A stretch of DNA of 64,000 nt from the NCBI RefSeq assembly GCF_016717175.1, contig NZ_JADKFZ010000003.1; one strand, 5' to 3'. Source of the DNA: Nannocystis sp. (GTDB lineage: Bacteria > Myxococcota_A > Polyangia > Nannocystales > Nannocystaceae). Numbering within the stretch: position 1 is the stretch's first letter; each line of letters starts with the position of its first letter. The notes below the pieces were generated by a model. That model searched no databases and had not been told where the DNA came from. It worked only from the letters and a program-made list of their open reading frames with translations. Positions 1 to 8,271 of the stretch are shown piece by piece. Both the position numbers and the translations under genes were made by a program.

Positions 1-497
1 GCGGCGAAGCGGGTGTTCGGGTCGGTCGGCGGCGGGTCGCCTTCGCCTGGCTTTTCGGACAGGCTCGCCCGCACCACCCCGATCGCCGCCGCCAGCTCGC
101 GCGCCTTGGCCAGGTAGTCGGCGGCCGCGGCCTCGAGTTCGACCAGGGGCGGCTGCAGCAGCGGACCCTCGCGCTGCGCCTTCACGCAGGGCTCGAGCCA
201 CTCGTCGAGCACCGGCGTGATCGACTCGGCGCGCGCCTTCTTGCCCGCCGCCTGGGCCGCGTTCACCTCGCGAAACCCCGCGTAGAGCGGCACCCGCGTG
301 CTGTTGGCGCAGTCGACGAAGAGGCTCAGCTTGTTGCTGATCAGCTCCGGCGGCAGCTCGGCCCCGGCGGCGACCGGCCGCTCGCTGTCGGTGAGGCGCT
401 GCTGCAGGCGCTCGCCGATCGTGTTGCGCAGCTCGTCGCCGCACGACGCCGTGAACAGGACGGGGAGGACCGAGAGGAGGAGGCGAGGGGAGGCCAC
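1..497 (-). CDS. Putative lipoprotein, 5' part of gene runs off the window start (N-terminus VASPRLLLSVLPVLFTASCGDE..., GTG start at 497-495)
   Basis: Own minus-strand translation of 1-497 gives a signal peptide with lipobox (FTAS|C) and ordinary composition. Not in the ORF track because no stop falls inside the window. Starts 5 nt after the upstream lipid-kinase stop. Confidence 0.45.
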   Translation of the reverse strand, partial: MASPRLLLSVLPVLFTASCGDELRNTIGERLQQRLTDSERPVAAGAELPPELISNKLSLFVDCANSTRVPLYAGFREVNAAQAAGKKARAESITPVLDEWLEPCVKAQREGPLLQPPLVELEAAAADYLAKARELAAAIGVVRASLSEKPGEGDPPPTDPNTRFA

Positions 498-501
498 GGA
501 G

Positions 502-1557
502 CTAGACCCAGTGCGCGTCCTCGGGGACGAGGATGCGGAGGTAGTGGTAGAGGTTCTCGATGCGGTAGTGGTCCGCGGGGATGAACTCCTCGCCGTCGAT
601 CTGGGCCTGCAGCGGCGGCATGCCCTCCGGGCGCGTGACCCGGATCTCCACCACGCGGCCGCTGGGGATCTCGCGCTGCGGCAGGCCGAGCACGGCGAGG
701 TCGTCGCGCGTGACCGGGTTGCGCTTGTGGGCGCCGATCGCCGCGGCGCCCCAGTCGGCGTTGTTCTTGACGATGATGACCTCGAATTTGCCGTCGTCGG
801 GCTTGCCGTCCGGCGCGAAGATCCAGTCGCCGCCGTAGAGCAGCGTGCCCTTGACGACGATGTCGTTGACGCCGTCGAAGCGCAGCGTGCGGTCGTCGAT
901 GCGGATCTCGGCGGCGAAGCGGGCGCGCCCGATCAACGACTTGAACACGTTCTTGAGGTAGCTCGACAGGCCGGCCCGGATGTAGACCAGCTTGTCGCGG
1001 TAGATCTGACGCACGACCGGGATCCGCTTCACGAACTCCCGCTCGCGGTTGCGCTTGGCGAGGATCTGCGCCGACAGGCCGAGGCCCCAGCTGTCGAACC
1101 ACAGGTCGCGCAGCAGCAGCTCGCCCGCGGGGTCGAAGGCCTCGACCTTGCCGACGTCGAGCCACTGTTCGATCCCCGTGGCGATCACCTTGATGTTGGC
1201 GCCGAGCGCCTTGACCCCCGAGTGCACGCCGAACGATCGGCCCTGGTCGTTGGCCGTGCCCATCGGCAGCATGCCCATCGGCGCGTCGACCCCATATTGC
1301 TCGCGCGCCAGGATGATGCCCTTCGCCGTCTCCGCGAAGGTCCCGTCGCCGCCGAGGTAGATGACACGGGCCACGTCCCCCTTCTCGAGCCGCTGCGCCA
1401 GCGCGGCCACAGTGGCGCCCTCGGGCAGCGTCGAGAAGAATTCCGGCTGCAGCCGCGCTGTCTGCAAGCCCGTCATCGCCGCCTCGATCGCCGCGGCGGC
1501 CTTGCCGGAGCGGGCGGTCGGGTTGCCGACCAGCAGCGATACACGGGGCCTTGGCAC
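502..1557 (-). CDS. Diacylglycerol-kinase catalytic-domain lipid kinase (YegS/BmrU-like)
   Basis: Part of ORF 502..1941(-). Conserved N-terminal RVSLLVGNPTARSGK and YLGGDGT motif of the DAGK_cat family. A GTG at 1557 is the most plausible start; the longer upstream extension is Arg/Gly-rich and looks non-coding. Confidence 0.6.
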   Translation of the reverse strand: MPRPRVSLLVGNPTARSGKAAAAIEAAMTGLQTARLQPEFFSTLPEGATVAALAQRLEKGDVARVIYLGGDGTFAETAKGIILAREQYGVDAPMGMLPMGTANDQGRSFGVHSGVKALGANIKVIATGIEQWLDVGKVEAFDPAGELLLRDLWFDSWGLGLSAQILAKRNREREFVKRIPVVRQIYRDKLVYIRAGLSSYLKNVFKSLIGRARFAAEIRIDDRTLRFDGVNDIVVKGTLLYGGDWIFAPDGKPDDGKFEVIIVKNNADWGAAAIGAHKRNPVTRDDLAVLGLPQREIPSGRVVEIRVTRPEGMPPLQAQIDGEEFIPADHYRIENLYHYLRILVPEDAHWV

Positions 1558-1774
1558 GTGCCGGTAGCCTACACGTCGGCGCTGTCCCGCGGCCTGGCAG
1601 CGGCCCCGGTCTGCTGCGGGGACCTTGCTCACGGCCCCGCCACAGCGCGTGGTCGCAGCGGAGCGCAGGAGGAAGACCCGCGAGCCGCGGTCCGGGTTTC
1701 GCGCTGGCCCCCGGCGGCGACTCACGGGCCCGGGACTGCCCAGCGCACGCGTAGATCTGATACCTGTCAATGCC

Positions 1775-4042
1775 ATGTCGTGCGTGCGTTCCAAGCTCTC
1801 CATCGCCTTCTCGTCTCTGCTCTTGCTGGCCTGCAATGGCAGCAAGGCCGACTCCGCGAACCCCGGCGGCAGCGGCAGCGAGGTGCAGGCGGGCGGCGAC
1901 ACCACGCCCGCGGCCTTCAAGTTCCAGAACCCCGGCGGCATGTGGATGCCCCGTCAGATGGCGCAGCACGCCGACACCTTGAAGAAGCTCGGCGTCAGCT
2001 ACGACCCGAAAGCCCTCACCGACCCGACCGCCTTCCCGCTCAACGCGGTCGTCAGCCTCGGCGGCTGTACGGCCTCCTTCGTCTCGCCGGACGGCCTGCT
2101 CATCACCAACCACCACTGTGTCACCCGCTACCTGCAGCACAACGCCACCCCGGAGAAGAACCTGCTCAAGGAGGGCTACCTCGCGGCGACCCGCGCCGAC
2201 GAGAAGTCGGGCGGACCGACCGCGCGGGTGTGGGTCACCACGGCCTTCACCGACGTGAGTGACAAGGTGCTCGGCGGCCTCGAGGCCGTCACCGACGACA
2301 AGGATCGCTACAAGCAGATCGAGGAGCGCCGCAAGCAGATCGTCAACACCTGCGAGAACGGCCGCCCCGAGGTCGCCTGCTCGGTGGCCAGCTTCTTCGA
2401 GGGCGCGCAGTTCTTCCAGATCGAACAGGCCGAGATCCGTGACGTGCGCCTCGTGTACGCCCCGGCCGCGGGCATCGGCAACTACGGCGGCGAGGTCGAC
2501 AACTGGCGCTGGCCGCGCCACACCGGCGACTTCTCGTTCTTCCGCGCCTACGTCGGCAAGGACGGCAAGCCGGCCGACTTCAGCCCCGACAACGTCCCCT
2601 ACAAGCCGGCTCACCACCTGAAGGTCGCCACCACCAAGGCCGCGGCCGACGGCTTCGTCATGGTCGCCGGCTACCCCGGTCGGACCCAGCGGCTCAAGAC
2701 CGCCGCCGAGGCGCAGCAGGCCGCCGACTGGTACTACAGCCGCCAGATCGCGCTCTACGAGGAGCACATCGCCGTGCTCGAGACGATCGGCAAGGACCGG
2801 CCCGACGTCGCGATCAAGGGCGCCTCCCGCCTGCGCAACCTCCACAACTACCTCACCAACTTCAAGGGCGTGCGCGACGGCCTGGTCAAGGGCGGCGTCG
2901 CGGCCGAGAAGGCCCGCCTCGAGGGCGAGCTGCAGAAGTGGATCGACAGCGACGTGGCGCGCAAGGCCAAGTACGGCGACGTGCTCGCCAAGATGGCGGC
3001 GCTCAGCCAGGAGCGGGCCCGGACCCGCGAGCACGACATGGCCCAGGACGAGCTCCTGCGCGGCTCCCAGCTGCTCGGCGTCGCCGACACGATCGTCAAG
3101 CTCGCCGACGAGCGCCAGAAGCCAGACCCCGAGCGCAAGCTCGGCTTCCAGGAGCGCGACGCCAAGGACCTCGAGCAGGGCTTCCAGGCCATGCAGAGCT
3201 CCTACGATCCGGACATGGACCGCGCGGTGTTCAAGCTCTACCTGCAGCGCGCCGCCAAGCTGCCGGAGGCCGAACGCCCCGAGGTCCTCGCCGCGGTGCT
3301 CGGCGCCGGCAAGGCCAGCGACGCCGACATCGATCGCGCCCTGACCGCGCTCTACAAGACAAGCAAGCTCGGCGACTCGAAGGCCCGCATCGATCTGCTC
3401 AAGACGGCGACCCCGGCGAGCCTGGCGAAGAGCAAGGACCCCTTCATCAAGCTCGCGCTCAAGGTCAAGCCGGTGGTCGACGCCTACAAGGCCCGCAGCG
3501 AGGCCCAGGCCGGCGCGCTCGCGGCCCTGCGTCCCCGCTACATCGAGGCGCTCCAGACCTACTCCGGCGGCACCCTCGCGCCCGACGCCAACGGCACCCT
3601 GCGCATCACCTTCGGCACCATCCGCGGCTACAGCCCGCAGCCCGGCGCGCCGGTCTACACCCCGTTCACGAAGCTCTCCGAGGTCGTCGCCAAGCACACC
3701 GGGGAGGAGCCCTTCAACGCCCCGAAGGCGCTGCTCGACGCCGTGGCCGCCAAGAAGTTCGGGCCCTATGTTGACCCGACCCTCGGCGAGGTCCCGGTCA
3801 ACTTCCTCACCGACCTCGACATCACCGGCGGCAACTCGGGATCGTCCACCCTCAACGCCGCCGGCGAGCTGACCGGCCTCGTGTTCGACGGCAACATCGA
3901 GGCGATGGCCAGCGACTGGGTGTTCATGCCGGCGATCACCCGCTCGATCCACGTCGACATCCGCTACGTGCTGTGGGTGATGGACGCGGTCGACAACGCC
4001 GACCACCTGCTCACCGAGATGGGCGTCACGCCCGCGATCTGA
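1775..4042 (+). CDS. Family S46 dipeptidyl-peptidase (DPP7/DPP11-like) lipoprotein
   Basis: ORF 1625..4042 with the ATG at 1775. Signal peptide plus lipobox (LLLAC|NG). GGCTASFVSPDGLLITNHHC catalytic-His region typical of S46 peptidases. Confidence 0.8.
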   Translation: MSCVRSKLSIAFSSLLLLACNGSKADSANPGGSGSEVQAGGDTTPAAFKFQNPGGMWMPRQMAQHADTLKKLGVSYDPKALTDPTAFPLNAVVSLGGCTASFVSPDGLLITNHHCVTRYLQHNATPEKNLLKEGYLAATRADEKSGGPTARVWVTTAFTDVSDKVLGGLEAVTDDKDRYKQIEERRKQIVNTCENGRPEVACSVASFFEGAQFFQIEQAEIRDVRLVYAPAAGIGNYGGEVDNWRWPRHTGDFSFFRAYVGKDGKPADFSPDNVPYKPAHHLKVATTKAAADGFVMVAGYPGRTQRLKTAAEAQQAADWYYSRQIALYEEHIAVLETIGKDRPDVAIKGASRLRNLHNYLTNFKGVRDGLVKGGVAAEKARLEGELQKWIDSDVARKAKYGDVLAKMAALSQERARTREHDMAQDELLRGSQLLGVADTIVKLADERQKPDPERKLGFQERDAKDLEQGFQAMQSSYDPDMDRAVFKLYLQRAAKLPEAERPEVLAAVLGAGKASDADIDRALTALYKTSKLGDSKARIDLLKTATPASLAKSKDPFIKLALKVKPVVDAYKARSEAQAGALAALRPRYIEALQTYSGGTLAPDANGTLRITFGTIRGYSPQPGAPVYTPFTKLSEVVAKHTGEEPFNAPKALLDAVAAKKFGPYVDPTLGEVPVNFLTDLDITGGNSGSSTLNAAGELTGLVFDGNIEAMASDWVFMPAITRSIHVDIRYVLWVMDAVDNADHLLTEMGVTPAI

Positions 4043-4058
4043 GGGCCAGGGGGCGCGC

Positions 4059-4247
4059 GTGCATATTCGCTGCCCCATCTGCCGCAAGCAGATCCGCGAC
4101 GCGCCGGACGACTTCGCCTGGCGCCCGTTCTGCTCCAAGCGCTGTCAGACGATTGACCTCGGCAACTGGCTCGGCGGGGCCTACCGCATCACCCGTCCGC
4201 TCGGCCCCGACGACGTCGACGACGACGGCGAGCGCGGCGTCAACTGA
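4059..4247 (+). CDS. yacG: DNA gyrase inhibitor YacG (zinc-ribbon protein)
   Basis: 62-aa ORF with CPICRK...FCSKRCQTIDLGNW, the YacG zinc-finger signature. Confidence 0.8.
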   Translation: MHIRCPICRKQIRDAPDDFAWRPFCSKRCQTIDLGNWLGGAYRITRPLGPDDVDDDGERGVN

Positions 4248-4310
4248 GCTCGCACACGCGGCACCCAGCTCAATAACCGCGGTCGCCGACGCCGTGACGC
4301 GAGCGTCTGT

Positions 4311-4337
4311 CACGTTCACGGCAGCGCCGTGAACGTG
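4311..4337. terminator. Perfect 12-bp stem / 3-nt loop hairpin between the convergent yacG and ffh genes (candidate bidirectional terminator)
   Basis: cacgttcacggc-agc-gccgtgaacgtg read directly from the sequence. It lies 7 nt from the ffh stop and about 64 nt from the yacG stop. No U-tract follows, as expected in high-GC DNA. Confidence 0.45.
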
Positions 4338-4343
4338 GCCGCC

Positions 4344-6209
4344 TCACTTGCGGCGGTTCTTCTTGCGCGCCAGCTTCTCCGCCTTGCGCTTCGCCGCGAT
4401 CGCCTTGTAGTCGATGGCACCCTTCGGCGCGCCCGGATGCCCGCCCATGCCGCCATGCCCACCGAGGTTCGGCGCGCCCGGTTGTCCACCCGGCAGCCCC
4501 GGCATGCCTGGCAGCCCACCCATGCCCGGCATGCCGCCCATGCCCGGCATGCCGCCCATGCCCGGCAGTCCGCCCATTCCCGGCATGCCGCCGCCGCCGA
4601 ACATCGAGCTCAGCGCCTCCGGGTTCTGGGCCAGCTTGCGCAGCGCGTTGAGCTGCTTGAGGCTGCCCATCCCGGGGATCTTGTCCATCAGCCCGCCGAG
4701 GCCGCCGCGCTTCTGATCACCGCCGGGCATGCCCGGGATGAGCCCGCCGAACATGCCGCCCATCATGCCGAACATGTCGCGCATGCTGATGAAGCGGGCG
4801 ATGAGCCCACGGACCTCGTCCTCCGTGCGCGCGCTGCCGCGGGCCACCCGGGCGACGCGGCTCTGCACGAAGTCCTCGGGCTTCATGTTGTTGGGGTCGG
4901 GCATGCCGGCCGCCGGGTCACGCCGCTTGCGCCGGCTGAGTTTGGCCGCGGCCGACTGCTTCGGGTCCTTGTCGAAGAACAGCTCCGGCTCGTTGCGCTC
5001 CGCCTTCGTCATCGAGCGGATCATCGCCTCGACCTTGCCGAGCTCCTTGTCGTCGGTCGCCTGCTGCATCGCCTCGGGCGGGATCTCGATCCCGAACATG
5101 CTGGCGAGGGGCATCTTCTCCATGATGTCCTTCAGGCTGCCCATGCTCTGGATGTTCTTGATCTGGGTCAGGAAGTCATCCATCGAGAACTTGCCCGAGA
5201 GCATCTTCTCGGCGTCCTTCGCGGCCGTCTCCTCGTCGACGACCTCCTGGAAGTCGTTCATCAGCCCGACCAGGTCGCCCATCCCTAGGATGCGCCCGGC
5301 CAGACCCTCGGGGCGGAACTCGTCGAGCTTGTCGAGCTGCTCGCCGATGCCGAGGAACTTGATCGGCTTGCCGGTGACCGCCTTCACCGACAGCGCCGCG
5401 CCGCCGCGGGCGTCGCCGTCGAGCTTGGTCAGGATCACGCCGGTGACGTCGAGCTTCTCGTCGAAGGCCTTCGCGGTGGTCACCGCGTCCTGGCCAATCA
5501 TCGCGTCGATCACCAGGAAGATGTTCGACGGCTGGACCCGCGTCTTGATGTCCGCGAGCTCCTGCATCAACACGGCGTCGATCGTCAGGCGACCGGCGGT
5601 GTCGTAGATGACGAAGTCGTAGTTCTCGGCCGCGGCGGTGTCGGTCGCGTCGGCGCAGATGTCGACCGGGTTGGCCCCGTCGATCGAGAACACCGGCAGC
5701 CCGAGCTTCTCGCCCAGCACCTTGAGCTGGTGCACCGCGGCCGGACGGTACACGTCCGCGGCCACCAGCATCACCTTGTAGCCGGCCTTCTGCAGCTTGC
5801 GCGCGAGCTTGCCGGTGGTGGTCGTCTTGCCCGAGCCCTGCAGGCCCACCATCATGATGCCCGTGACGCCCTTGCGCGCCCGCGACAGCGAGGTGTCCAC
5901 CGGACCCATCAGCGCGATCAGCTCGTCGTGGCAGATCTTGACGAAGTGGTCCTCGGCGCGGACCCGCAGCGTCTCGCTCTGCTTCTTCGCGACCAGCTGC
6001 ACCTTCTCGCCGAGCGCCTTCTCTTTGACCGCCTGCAAGAAGCGCTTGACCACCCCGAACTCGACGTCCGCCTCGAGCAAGCTCAGGCGCACGTCCTTCA
6101 GAGCGGCGTTGACCACGTCCTCGGTCAACTCGCCTTTGCCAGTCAAACGCTCGCGCGCGGCCCGGAAACCCTTCGATAATGTCTCGAACACGGCCGGGCG
6201 TTCTACCAC
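4344..6209 (-). CDS. ffh: Signal recognition particle protein Ffh with a ~140-aa Gly/Met-rich repetitive C-terminal extension and basic tail
   Basis: ORF 4344..6209(-). N and G domains (GLQGSGKTTT, DTAGR, TKLDGD) and an M domain. C-terminus has (GMPG/GLPG) repeats ending KRKAEKLARKKNRRK. Confidence 0.9.
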   Translation of the reverse strand: MVERPAVFETLSKGFRAARERLTGKGELTEDVVNAALKDVRLSLLEADVEFGVVKRFLQAVKEKALGEKVQLVAKKQSETLRVRAEDHFVKICHDELIALMGPVDTSLSRARKGVTGIMMVGLQGSGKTTTTGKLARKLQKAGYKVMLVAADVYRPAAVHQLKVLGEKLGLPVFSIDGANPVDICADATDTAAAENYDFVIYDTAGRLTIDAVLMQELADIKTRVQPSNIFLVIDAMIGQDAVTTAKAFDEKLDVTGVILTKLDGDARGGAALSVKAVTGKPIKFLGIGEQLDKLDEFRPEGLAGRILGMGDLVGLMNDFQEVVDEETAAKDAEKMLSGKFSMDDFLTQIKNIQSMGSLKDIMEKMPLASMFGIEIPPEAMQQATDDKELGKVEAMIRSMTKAERNEPELFFDKDPKQSAAAKLSRRKRRDPAAGMPDPNNMKPEDFVQSRVARVARGSARTEDEVRGLIARFISMRDMFGMMGGMFGGLIPGMPGGDQKRGGLGGLMDKIPGMGSLKQLNALRKLAQNPEALSSMFGGGGMPGMGGLPGMGGMPGMGGMPGMGGLPGMPGLPGGQPGAPNLGGHGGMGGHPGAPKGAIDYKAIAAKRKAEKLARKKNRRK

Positions 6210-6262
6210 TTCCCGGCCCCGCGCGGCGCTCCGGACGTGCCCGGGGGGCCTAGCTCACACGC

Positions 6263-8233
6263 ATGGCCGTGGGCGCGAGCTGCCCGGAGACCCGGCTGGT
6301 GAATCCGGCGGCCGCGCGCTACGTTGGCTGCCCCACCATGACGAAAACCGCCGCCAGGGCCCAGGGATGGGGCGTCAGCCTGCTGTTTCGCGGTCGCAGC
6401 GTCGCCGAGTGCAGCGTCCGCGACGGCGCTCCGCTGCGTGTGGGCGAAGATCCCGCGTGCACGCTGGTCGTGCCGGGCCTCGGCGGCAGCGCCTTGCTCG
6501 CGCAGGGCGAGCGCCTCCTCGGCGTGCCCGGACTCACCGGTCTGGTCCACCGCGACGGCGAGCCCGAGCCCGTGCAGGAGACCGATGGCACGACCCTCAG
6601 CGTGGGCGAGCGCGCCGAGCTGCATTTCGTCGCTCACCCGGAGATCACCCTCGAGCTGCGTCGCCAGCAGTTCGATCGCCTCCCGCTCGGCACGCTGCTC
6701 AACGTCCGCGAGCTCGGTCGCCAGCTGGCTCTCGGCGCCGGCCTGGTCGCCGGCATGATCTTGCTGGTCCGCAGTGAGGCGCCGGTCAACACCCTCGAGG
6801 TCAAGGGCGAGCCCGACGCGCCCGAGGACTCGGCCCTGGTGCGGGCGATGTTCGCCACCGCGGTGGAGCCTGTACCGATCGTCGACGTCCGTTGGCTGCC
6901 CGTGCCTGTGCCCGTCGCTCCGCCGTCGCCCGAGCCGCCCGCGCTTGCCAGCCTCGCCGCGCTCTTGCCCCCGCCCGTCGCCGTGCCCGTCGCCGACGCA
7001 CCGCCGCGAGCCCGCAAGCGCCGCGCCCCCGAGCCCGAGGTCACCGCGATGCTGCTCGGCTCGCTGGAAAGCGACGAGCTCGGCGGTGTGTTCGACGAAG
7101 CCGTGGTCGGCGGTGTGGTCGGCGGCGTGGTCGGCGGTACGGTGGCATCCGACGTGATGGCCGAGCGCAGCCCGGACGCCCCTGGCCTCGCCTTCGGCCT
7201 CGCGGACGGTGGTGCTGGCGGCCTGGGTGGCGGCGGCACGGGCGAGGGCGTCAGCGCCCGTCCGACCGTCGGCGACGAGCTCGTGGTCCGCGAGCTCCAC
7301 GATCAGCCCAGGCCCGAGCTCGTCGAGCTCGACGAGCCGGCCGACGACAGCTTCGTCGAGGCGATCATGGGCCCCGGCACCAGCGACACACCTGTCCCCG
7401 GGGACAGCCCGCCGCCGCCTCCGCAGGCTGGCCCGCACAGCCACGGCGAGGCCGGCGTCGCCGTGCTGCGTGGCACCGCCGACGGGCTCGCCGCGGTCGC
7501 CCCCGAGGACCGCTGCGACGACCCCACGATCAGCAAGAAGCGCCAGCTCGACGTCGTCTTCGTCGTCGACGTCTCGACCACCATGAATTTCATGCTCGGC
7601 CGCATCGAGCAGCAGCTCGCGCAGGTCGACGCCGAGGCGCGGGCGGCCGGCCTCGACACTCGCTACGGCCTCGTCGTCTTCGTCGACGACGTCCAGCTCG
7701 GCAACCAGGGCCAGCCCTACGTCGACCTCGCCGCCGTGCAGCGGGACCTCGCGCACTGGCAGGCCTTCACCAGCAGCAACCGCCAGATCGGCAGCGAGGC
7801 CGCCAACCTCGACTGGCCCGAGAACAGCCTCGACGCCCTCCACAGCGCCGCCACCGGCTTCGCCTGGCGACCCGCCGACACCACCCTGCGGATGATCGTC
7901 CACGCCACCGACGACGACTTCGGCGAGGCCCCCGCGGTCCAGAGCGGGCAGCAGATCCAGCACAGCTACCAAGCGACCGTCACGGCCCTGCGCGCGGCGG
8001 AGGTCCGCATGTTCAGCTTCGCCGCAAAGATCGGCGGTCAGTGCGAGTGCCTCGACGTCCGCCCGGGCCTGTTCACCCGCCACCGCGGCCGGCCCTCGCT
8101 GCCGAGCGCCACCGGCGGCGCCGTGTTCGACATCGACGAGGTCGCGAGCGACAAGCTCAGCTTCGCGGCCGCGGTCGGCGGCGCGATCAAGAGCGGCGTC
8201 TGCACCCGCTACCCGCTCTCGCCGTTCGGCTGA
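6263..8233 (+). CDS. von Willebrand factor A domain protein with a predicted TM segment and Pro-rich linker (alternative ATG start at 6338)
   Basis: ORF 6263..8233. C-terminal DVVFVVDVSTTM...GLVVFVDD is a vWA/MIDAS-like fold. Central LALGAGLVAGMILLV hydrophobic segment. The N-terminal region may be a degenerate FHA-like fold (weak). Confidence 0.6.
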   Translation: MAVGASCPETRLVNPAAARYVGCPTMTKTAARAQGWGVSLLFRGRSVAECSVRDGAPLRVGEDPACTLVVPGLGGSALLAQGERLLGVPGLTGLVHRDGEPEPVQETDGTTLSVGERAELHFVAHPEITLELRRQQFDRLPLGTLLNVRELGRQLALGAGLVAGMILLVRSEAPVNTLEVKGEPDAPEDSALVRAMFATAVEPVPIVDVRWLPVPVPVAPPSPEPPALASLAALLPPPVAVPVADAPPRARKRRAPEPEVTAMLLGSLESDELGGVFDEAVVGGVVGGVVGGTVASDVMAERSPDAPGLAFGLADGGAGGLGGGGTGEGVSARPTVGDELVVRELHDQPRPELVELDEPADDSFVEAIMGPGTSDTPVPGDSPPPPPQAGPHSHGEAGVAVLRGTADGLAAVAPEDRCDDPTISKKRQLDVVFVVDVSTTMNFMLGRIEQQLAQVDAEARAAGLDTRYGLVVFVDDVQLGNQGQPYVDLAAVQRDLAHWQAFTSSNRQIGSEAANLDWPENSLDALHSAATGFAWRPADTTLRMIVHATDDDFGEAPAVQSGQQIQHSYQATVTALRAAEVRMFSFAAKIGGQCECLDVRPGLFTRHRGRPSLPSATGGAVFDIDEVASDKLSFAAAVGGAIKSGVCTRYPLSPFG

Positions 8234-8271
8234 GCGCCCGTGCCCGCTCGCGGGTGATACCCTGGCCGCAC

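Noticed and set aside
298-2262. 654-aa plus-strand ORF overlapping the lipid-kinase gene
   Set aside because: Arg-rich nonsense composition. It is antisense to a gene with clear DAGK motifs.
341-4138. 1265-aa minus-strand ORF spanning the lipid kinase, peptidase and yacG loci
   Set aside because: Arg/Gly/Ala/Pro-dominated low-complexity translation. It overlaps a well-supported S46 peptidase gene on the other strand. Typical antisense open frame of high-GC DNA.
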